Position numbers and translations under genes: made by a program. Positions 8,485 to 15,048 of a stretch of DNA of 31,476 nucleotides are shown in pieces. Location of the stretch: contig JBDLRP010000043.1 in the NCBI GenBank assembly GCA_039799905.1, forward strand, positions 1-31,476, given 5' to 3'. The notes under the pieces are model-generated. The model had not been told where the DNA came from. It made no database searches and saw nothing but the letters and a program-made list of their open reading frames with translations. Origin of the DNA: Pseudomonadota bacterium. Lineage in GTDB: Bacteria; Bdellovibrionota_B; Oligoflexia; Silvanigrellales; Silvanigrellaceae. The stretch's first letter is position 1. Every line of letters begins with the position of its first letter.

Positions 8485-8500
8485 AGCAAGTTAAGTGCCA
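8485..8500 (-). promoter_or_regulatory. Sigma54 (-24/-12) promoter
   Basis: Minus strand TGGCACTTAACTTGCT matches TGGCAC-N5-TTGCW exactly; ~40 nt upstream of the start codon; AT-rich tract upstream. Confidence 0.8.
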
Positions 8501-8872
8501 AGTTTTCCAAAACAGAGAATTTTTTTATTTGGCTGCATAACTTGGGAGTGGGTCGGCTACTCAGTCTTTCCACTCCATTCTGAGCTCCATTTCACAGATT
8601 CGATTGGTTGGATGTCAGCCACGAATGGCAGACATTCAGCCATGAGTCGATTTCTGATTTTTTGAATCTGTCGAGCCAAGCAAATGTTTGAATTTTACGA
8701 CCGTCTGGTCATTAGTTTTGGTAATTTTGTACGTTAATTTTTAAGGAACACTGAGGCTGATGACAGGATTTGAGGGTTGCCCGTCCAACGTGGCGCTGAC
8801 GGGCAGTTCAGCTGCGCCCTGTTGTTTTCGGTTCTTTTTCAGATGTGATTCGGGAGTGGAATATTCGGACTG

Positions 8873-9388
8873 TTAATTCAAAAAACTTTCAATTCGCCAC
8901 ACGTCCGACAGACCGAGTCCCGATGAGGCCCAGCCGATCCGTCCGTTTTCATCGATGAGAAACAAACTGGGCGTCATGGTGACGTCCACCGCGGAAGCTA
9001 GCAAACCGTTGGTGTCGACGAGCGCAGGAAAGCTGAAGCCGTGCTTAAGCATGTGTGCTTTGACCTCGTCCGCCGAGCCGCCGATATGCACGGCATGGAC
9101 GCGTGAGGCATTGAGTTTATTTGCATTGATGGATTTTTGCAGACGATCCATCTCAAGCTTGCAGGGGCCGCACCATGTGGTCCAAAAAAGTGCGACGGTG
9201 CGCTGGCCGTCTTTGGGTGGAAAGCTGATCTTTGAATTTTCTGTTGTTTGCAATTGACGTGTGGGGAATTCCTGCTGTTCGAGCTGATAATTCTTAACAA
9301 CGTCGGGCGCGCGCCGGTAAAGGACGTACGCAAAGAGCGCAAGGGTGATCAGCAGGCTCCACGGAATTTTTCCAAAAAAATCTTTCAT
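8873..9388 (-). CDS. TlpA/ResA-family thiol-disulfide oxidoreductase
   Basis: N-terminal TM anchor, FWTTWCGPCKLEM, TPSLFLIDENGRI. Confidence 0.92.
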   Translation of the reverse strand: MKDFFGKIPWSLLITLALFAYVLYRRAPDVVKNYQLEQQEFPTRQLQTTENSKISFPPKDGQRTVALFWTTWCGPCKLEMDRLQKSINANKLNASRVHAVHIGGSADEVKAHMLKHGFSFPALVDTNGLLASAVDVTMTPSLFLIDENGRIGWASSGLGLSDVWRIESFLN

Positions 9389-9413
9389 AGCACCAAATCT
9401 TTGCCGGTGAATT

Positions 9414-11543
9414 TCAGTCCAGCAGTTTTTCTATGTCATCCTTCGCCACATAAAAAGTGTCATAGGCGGAACACACCGATTCACTCACCAGCTTCGAATT
9501 CGCCTTGACGACCATCTCGATCATCTTCTGGCCGCCGAGTGTGGCAGCGTTGTTGCTGGCTGCCAAGAGATATGTATCCGCAGCAAGTTTGCCGCACACT
9601 GCGTTGCCTGGTGCGCCCTTTTTGAGTCCTTTCATGGCTGCGGTGCGCCCTGTTTTAACCTTCCAGATATTTTCCCGTTTGGGCATTGCCATGACGAACG
9701 CCTTCACAGTCTCAAGTGCTTCGGTCGCTGCTTGCAGGTTGGGATACGGCTTGTCGATGGGTGGCATGGCGCTCTTCATAGGCGGGCTCATCTTTGTGTA
9801 GAGCGTGCTGGTTTGCAGGTCGCCCGGAATCGCCCAATTTCCCATTGCAAGAATGTAGCGCAGGTAGTGCAAGCCATCCGTAGTGTTGTCGCCTGTATTT
9901 GTGTAGTTGTCATGACACCCTTCGCACTGCGGCGAGACGATCACCTTTTTGACCATTGTGTCGTAGGCGTTTCTAAACTGTGGAGTCTCTGCGATGATCT
10001 GCGTGTATGCCTTCGCAAAGTTGGCACGCGGGGCCGGACCCGGCGAAGGCATTTCCCGCGTCGGCGTTGCAAGTCTGAGAATTGCATGACTCTTATCATC
10101 AGCAATCCAGATGCTGCCGTCGCTGGCCTGTGTGATTGCCACAGGTGCTCCGCGCGGGCGGTAGCGTGGTGCGTCATACCAACCACCGATCACTTCTTCC
10201 GACTCGGCTGCCGATGGAAGTTCCGGATAGCTGCGTACGAACGCTGTTGTTCCTCCCGAGTTGTCATCGTCTCGGTATGACCCCCTGCCTGAGCGGATGG
10301 GTAAAGCGGTCGCAGGGTCAGTTTTGAAAGCAATGATGCGATGGCCGGCGCTACGGTAGCCATGCAGGGGAACGAGAATTTTGTCTTTGAGCTGCGGAAA
10401 CATCGAACCAGTGTAGCGGATGATGCCCAGCGGTGCGCTGTGTGGCGGAAGAAAAACAAAGGGCGCACGGTACTCCGGATTGCGCGCCGGATCGCAGACG
10501 AACGAGTATTTTGCCCATTCCTCGCTTGTTGAGTTGTAGTCGTAGCAGTAGGGCCAGCCGAAGTGCGGGATCGTTCCCAATCCCTCGAGGTCGGCTTTTC
10601 TGATGACGTTGAGTTCTTCATAGGGACGCGTCGACTCGTTGAAGTCGCGTCCGTTCTCCACTTGAATTAGGTCGCCCGCAGCGGTGAACATGAGACCCAT
10701 GGAGTTGCGCAGTCCACGCGCCACAATTGAATATTGAGCATCCCATTTCTTGCTCAACGAGCCGTTGTATTTGTACTTGCGGATGACTGCACCGTGTTCA
10801 CGAACATCTGTGGAACCCGCTGTGCCGAACGCAATGTCGGCTTCAAGGCATTCCTTGCCTTTGAAGTCGGAGCAATGATCCGTATAGGCGCCGATATTGA
10901 CGTATGCATTGAACTGACTGTCGAAGACGAAGTGCTTGAGTGGATGCATGCTGTTCTTTTGGCCATTGCTGATCATCGCAGGTAAGCCGCTGATGGCGTC
11001 GATGACGGCACTTGCGGGAATCGGTTGTGTGCCGTTGATCGCGGAAATCGGGAACGCGCGAATCCGTCCGTCTTCTGCAAAAAATATGTGATTTTCTGGT
11101 CCGACAGTCAGCTGGTGCGGCACAGAAAGTCCGGTGAGCACCGGCGCCATGACAGTGCCGCTCGGGCTTCCGCTGCTCTTCAGATACCAAATTTTTCCGT
11201 TCTTATAATCCCAGTTGGCAAAGTCTGTGATGAGGAATTCGTTCTTGCGACCCGGAATCTCCAAAATCACGCGTGGCTGAAAGGTTGTGTCGTCGGATTG
11301 TTTGACTATGCCGACACATGTTCCACTCATCGATTCGATTCGCAACGTCGGAAATCCTCCGCAGTTGGTGTCTGCGGGGTCGAGAGCGTAACCGCTTTTA
11401 AAAACTTTTGGTGCAGCATTTTCCCGAAAGGGAATTTCGCGTGTACCGCTGGACGTGGTTTTAGTGAATTTGCATCCGGTCGTCAGGAAAAACGTCGCCG
11501 AAAATATGAGCGCGACATGAGTCGCCTGAATTCGGTAAAGCAT
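9414..11543 (-). CDS. PQQ-dependent sugar/sorbosone dehydrogenase-like lipoprotein fused to a c-type cytochrome domain
   Basis: ARGLRNSMGL, ENGRD, EELN, HFGWPYCY, PPHSAPLGI, GAPVAITQASDGSIWIADD; CEGCH heme motif and later AMPP; lipobox-like FLTTGC. Start ATG 11543 preferred over GTG 11618. Confidence 0.85.
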   Translation of the reverse strand: MLYRIQATHVALIFSATFFLTTGCKFTKTTSSGTREIPFRENAAPKVFKSGYALDPADTNCGGFPTLRIESMSGTCVGIVKQSDDTTFQPRVILEIPGRKNEFLITDFANWDYKNGKIWYLKSSGSPSGTVMAPVLTGLSVPHQLTVGPENHIFFAEDGRIRAFPISAINGTQPIPASAVIDAISGLPAMISNGQKNSMHPLKHFVFDSQFNAYVNIGAYTDHCSDFKGKECLEADIAFGTAGSTDVREHGAVIRKYKYNGSLSKKWDAQYSIVARGLRNSMGLMFTAAGDLIQVENGRDFNESTRPYEELNVIRKADLEGLGTIPHFGWPYCYDYNSTSEEWAKYSFVCDPARNPEYRAPFVFLPPHSAPLGIIRYTGSMFPQLKDKILVPLHGYRSAGHRIIAFKTDPATALPIRSGRGSYRDDDNSGGTTAFVRSYPELPSAAESEEVIGGWYDAPRYRPRGAPVAITQASDGSIWIADDKSHAILRLATPTREMPSPGPAPRANFAKAYTQIIAETPQFRNAYDTMVKKVIVSPQCEGCHDNYTNTGDNTTDGLHYLRYILAMGNWAIPGDLQTSTLYTKMSPPMKSAMPPIDKPYPNLQAATEALETVKAFVMAMPKRENIWKVKTGRTAAMKGLKKGAPGNAVCGKLAADTYLLAASNNAATLGGQKMIEMVVKANSKLVSESVCSAYDTFYVAKDDIEKLLD

Positions 11544-11650
11544 GGTTGCAGGCCTCGCTGATGGGTCTGGGATTCCCTGATATTTAAACCCAAAGCGCGC
11601 TTTTTGAACATTGCGCACGGCCAGAAATTGTCATGTGGTGATTCGGGGAA

Positions 11651-11699
11651 TAAAAAAATTCTGACGGTGCAGGACTTATTTTGCTTCCGTCAGAATTTT
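11651..11699 (-). terminator. Rho-independent terminator
   Basis: Perfect 13-bp inverted repeat AAAATTCTGACGG/CCGTCAGAATTTT ending in a T7 run on the minus strand, 35 nt after the 11734 stop. Confidence 0.75.
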
Positions 11700-11733
11700 G
11701 CTGAAAAGAACTGATGATTGGTTCCTGAATGCG

Positions 11734-12213
11734 TCACTCGAACTGGCAGCTGCCAATTGTCGTAACCCGTTCATCTTTGCCGAGCGCGAAGGATACTTTT
11801 TTCTCTTTGAGATCGTAGGTCACCTCTGCCAACTCCTTGCTGGCCGCAAAGTCCTCATCAAAGTACGTCGACAACGTGCCGTTGCCGAGCGTGACTGTGA
11901 TCTTGCCGCCGTCAGCCGAGATACTCTTGGTTATTTCTCCAGCAAGATGTTGAAAACCGGTGTCGGTGAGTGAACTGCGGTCGCCTGTCGCATAATGATA
12001 GGTTCCGGACAAATTGTCGCCCAGAATTTGCACGAAAATCGTTTCCCTGATTTGCAGCTTTTCGACCTCACTGACCTGTGAGCAGCGTGCTGTCTTTGGT
12101 GCTTTTATTTCTGATGATGGTAACGAATCGGCTGTAGCTGCAGTGTTTTTACCTACTTTTGCGCATGAAACTGAAAACATTAGGAGTGAAGAAATCAGGA
12201 GTGTCTGGCGCAT
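11734..12213 (-). CDS. Hypothetical lipoprotein
   Basis: MRQTLLISSLLMFSVSC lipoprotein signal; GGGGG RBS-like run; has its own promoter and terminator. Confidence 0.82.
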   Translation of the reverse strand: MRQTLLISSLLMFSVSCAKVGKNTAATADSLPSSEIKAPKTARCSQVSEVEKLQIRETIFVQILGDNLSGTYHYATGDRSSLTDTGFQHLAGEITKSISADGGKITVTLGNGTLSTYFDEDFAASKELAEVTYDLKEKKVSFALGKDERVTTIGSCQFE

Positions 12214-12271
12214 GGTTTCCCCCGCATTTGATGACTGGTCGGCTTGAAGTGTTTGCCTTGCGCGGGAGGTC

Positions 12272-12287
12272 AGCAGGTTGCATGCCA
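12272..12287 (-). promoter_or_regulatory. Sigma54 promoter
   Basis: Minus strand TGGCATGCAACCTGCT (GG-N10-GC), ~58 nt upstream of ATG 12213; AT-rich tract upstream. Confidence 0.65.
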
Positions 12288-12412
12288 GATTGGAGGAGTA
12301 AATTATCTTTTATTTTTCGAATGTTTTAAAAAATTGGGATTTTGTGACCCGCCTAAGGACTGTACAGTTGTCTGAATCAGCGACAACTCTTCTGACAATT
12401 ATCAAAGAAAAC

Positions 12413-12444
12413 TTAAGAAATTTCTTTTTTTTCCGATATGACGG
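12413..12444 (+). promoter_or_regulatory. Sigma28 (FliA)-like promoter
   Basis: TTAA-N15-TCCGATAT versus consensus TAAA-N15-GCCGATAA, ~30 nt before ATG 12469. Confidence 0.6.
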
Positions 12445-12468
12445 TAACTTCGCAAAAGGGGTGAGTAC

Positions 12469-13041
12469 ATGATGCTACGACTGACGTTCGTTTTTGGATT
12501 GGCAGTTTCGAGCGTGGCGTGCAAGCAGACGGACCTCACCGCCCGGTCTGCGAGTGTGGGAGACGCAGTCAGTGGCTCTGAGCAGTGTGGAGTTGTCCAA
12601 AAGAACGGTGAAGAATTCGCGTTGCTCGACAAGAATGGCAGCCTGCGCGCACTTCAGCCGGAGGACGGCTCAACACTCAATGTTCTCAGCGATGTGGCTG
12701 CGCGAAAGGAATTCGTGTGTATCAGGGGAGATTGGAGCGGCGCAGACCCCGTGAGCGTAGTTTCGACGACAGCCATCCGCAAGCCCGTCGTGAAAACAGT
12801 CGTGACCGAAGAGTGCGGCGTCCTGATGATGAGCCCTGCGGGAAAAATCGTTCTGCAGATTGCCGGCAACAACTCTGAGAACAACGTTGATCGGGAACTC
12901 GACCCGCAGGACGGTGCGACCGAAAACCTCCTGAAACAATACGCGGCCTCGTTGACAGAAGTTTGCGTTAAGGGTGATTTTTCCGCTTCTGCATCGGCCG
13001 TTATGATAAAGTCGCAGTCCGCAATCCGAAGGCCGAAGTGA
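12469..13041 (+). CDS. Hypothetical lipoprotein with two tandem ~70-aa repeats
   Basis: Lipobox SVAC; repeat pattern ExCGV...LxPxDGxTxNxL...VCxxGD...AIRxP occurs twice. Confidence 0.85.
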   Translation: MMLRLTFVFGLAVSSVACKQTDLTARSASVGDAVSGSEQCGVVQKNGEEFALLDKNGSLRALQPEDGSTLNVLSDVAARKEFVCIRGDWSGADPVSVVSTTAIRKPVVKTVVTEECGVLMMSPAGKIVLQIAGNNSENNVDRELDPQDGATENLLKQYAASLTEVCVKGDFSASASAVMIKSQSAIRRPK

Positions 13042-13067
13042 ACCGCCGAGCGTGACAGGGCACTCGC

Positions 13068-14279
13068 ATGTGGAAATATGGTGCCGAAAAAATTCGTGGA
13101 TGTTGGGATTTGGACGTCCACACAGCTTTTTTGAATCATGGTTCCTACGGCGCAGTCCCGCGCCAGGTGCAAAACGAATATCACGCAGTTCAGCTTGAAA
13201 TTGAAAGAAATCCGGTGCGTTTTTTGGGGCGCCTCTTGCCCGCCCGCTTGGCATCCGTGCGGGAACGTATCGCTGGTTGGCTGAGGTGTGACGCGGATGG
13301 CTTGGCATTTGTGAACAACGCGACTTCCGGCGTTGGAGCTGTGCTGAACTCGCTGCCTTTTCATGCCCTCGATGAAATTATTTTTCACAATCATGGCTAC
13401 GGTTGGGTGCGTCAGGGTCTGCACAACCTTGCACGGTCGAAAGGCATCGTGATCCGCGAGGCAGCGATTAAGCCAGTACCCAGCTCCAACTCTGAAATTG
13501 TCTCTGCGTTTGCCACGCTGGTGAATGAAAAGACGCGGCTGATTGTATGTGATCATGTGACGTCGCCGACCGCACTGGTGTTTCCCGTGCGTGAGATTGT
13601 TGCACTGGCGCGTCAAGCTGGCGTGCCGGTTCTCGTCGATGGTGCACATGCACCCGCTTTACTTCCGCTCGATTTATCTTCGATTGGAGCGGATTTTTAC
13701 ACTGGCAATTTTCATAAGTGGCTGTGCGCACCGCGCGGCGCTGCTTTTTTGCACGTACTGCCGCGATGGCGAGAAATCATCAGGCCTCAGTCGATATGCT
13801 ACTCAAGCGGCATCACACATCATGCCTACGACACGTCGTTCACGGGATATTTTGATTGGACGGGGACAAGTGATTTTGCATCATGGTTGACTGTTCCCGC
13901 CGCTCTTGATTTTCACGAAGCTTTGGATTGGCAGCGTGTTTTTTCGGAACGAAAAAGATTGCTTTGCGAGGCTCTGCAACTCTATTCTGACGCTTTTCCT
14001 TCGGCGGTCGAAAGTCTGCCGGAGGTGAATTTTCTTGCTGCGATGGTGACACTTCCACTCAAACTCAAAGAGGGCATCGTTGCCGATGCCCTGCTTGCTC
14101 GCTCGCTGACCGATGACTTTTACAGTTCGGACAAGGTTGAAGTGCCTGCTGTGAGTTTTCAGGGCCGCATGTATGTGCGGCTTTCGGCTCAAATTTACAA
14201 CCGGCTTGAAGACGTCGAACGCCTGTTGAGGGTGGTGGGCTCGCACCGCTTTTCAGCGGTGCGGGTAGGGGTAAGGTGA
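13068..14279 (+). CDS. Class V PLP-dependent enzyme (isopenicillin-N epimerase / cysteine desulfhydrase / EgtE-like)
   Basis: FLNHGSYGA, NATSG, DHVTSPTA, VDGAH, GNFHKWLCAPRG (PLP Lys), FDWTGT, VRLSAQIYN. Confidence 0.9.
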   Translation: MWKYGAEKIRGCWDLDVHTAFLNHGSYGAVPRQVQNEYHAVQLEIERNPVRFLGRLLPARLASVRERIAGWLRCDADGLAFVNNATSGVGAVLNSLPFHALDEIIFHNHGYGWVRQGLHNLARSKGIVIREAAIKPVPSSNSEIVSAFATLVNEKTRLIVCDHVTSPTALVFPVREIVALARQAGVPVLVDGAHAPALLPLDLSSIGADFYTGNFHKWLCAPRGAAFLHVLPRWREIIRPQSICYSSGITHHAYDTSFTGYFDWTGTSDFASWLTVPAALDFHEALDWQRVFSERKRLLCEALQLYSDAFPSAVESLPEVNFLAAMVTLPLKLKEGIVADALLARSLTDDFYSSDKVEVPAVSFQGRMYVRLSAQIYNRLEDVERLLRVVGSHRFSAVRVGVR

Positions 14280-14855
14280 TGGCGGATATGGACTGGGTGG
14301 ATATGGGCTGGGGGGAATGGGGGCAGGACGGTTCGGGTGTCTTCTGTTCAGCCGCTGGCATTTGAACTCTTGGTGATGTCCGCCGCCGAGCGACAAAACT
14401 GCTGTTGGGCCATACGGATGATTCAGATAACCGATGTTGATTTGTGAGTTTCCATAAGGGCTGCTGAAGCGGAAAAGAATTGAGTCATAGCTGCGATTGA
14501 GAACGTAAGCCTCGAGTCCGCTTGCGGTGATGTGCTGAGCGTTGATGTCAACAACGTAACCGCCACGGGTGTAGGCAGCTGGTGTCACGGTGAAGAAGTC
14601 GTATCCACCCTGCATGTCGCGGCATTCGAACGATTCGAATGCCGGAGGTTGCGGATAACCACGCGGATCGCGTGGATGAGGATGGTTGGGTGGCGGAACA
14701 GGTGCTGGATAACCAGGGCCGGGATGCGGATAACCAGGGCCGGGATGTGGATAGCCCGGACCATGGCCGGGGGGAACGGGACGTACGTCCGCGAGCGCAG
14801 AGGCTGCGGAAAACGTTGCTATCACAGATGCAATGAGTCTAACCGATGCGCTCAT
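14253..14855 (-). CDS. Secreted Pro-rich protein with PGPGYPH and PPSPY repeats
   Basis: GGAGG before ATG 14855; signal peptide ending ALA; low-complexity arms flank a small Cys-bracketed domain. Confidence 0.82.
   Translation of the reverse strand: MSASVRLIASVIATFSAASALADVRPVPPGHGPGYPHPGPGYPHPGPGYPAPVPPPNHPHPRDPRGYPQPPAFESFECRDMQGGYDFFTVTPAAYTRGGYVVDINAQHITASGLEAYVLNRSYDSILFRFSSPYGNSQINIGYLNHPYGPTAVLSLGGGHHQEFKCQRLNRRHPNRPAPIPPSPYPPSPYPPSPYPYPHR
14707..14769. repeat. 21-bp coding tandem repeat (2 near-identical copies and 1 degenerate)
   Basis: GGATAACCAGGGCCGGGATGC / GGATAACCAGGGCCGGGATGT / GGATAGCCCGGACCATGGCCG. Confidence 0.9.
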
Positions 14856-15048
14856 ACGAACCTCCAAGGGAGTGATGTACACAAAAAGTTGCGTACTTTA
14901 TTTTTAGATAACACAAAAAATTTGTAATGGTCAAGTGACGCCCAATTTGGCGACGTTGAATCGCAGTCCGTGAAGAATTGCTGGCGGTTGTACTTCAGCT
15001 CAAGACCATTCAAACTCTTCTCATTCTTGGTTTTGTGAGGGTCGTTGG

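Noticed and set aside
8614..8622. GTCAGCCAC, identical to the tRNA-His 3' acceptor strand, as a possible attR
   Set aside because: Only 9 bp (about 0.2 chance hits expected in this window), no integrase nearby, and it lies within a hairpin.
8760..8876. 38-aa Cys-containing sORF (MTGFEGCPSN...) as a RiPP precursor
   Set aside because: RBS spacing is poor, no maturase gene is nearby, and it overlaps a hairpin.
12654..13649. 331-aa minus-strand ORF
   Set aside because: Antisense to two well-supported genes; no motifs.
13068..14279. Isopenicillin-N epimerase-like gene plus beta-lactamase fold as a beta-lactam biosynthesis cluster
   Set aside because: No ACV synthetase or IPNS; this PLP family is widespread, and the two genes are over 6 kb apart on opposite strands.
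14707..14769. 21-bp repeats as a CRISPR array
   Set aside because: No spacers, in-frame coding repeat, and no cas genes.
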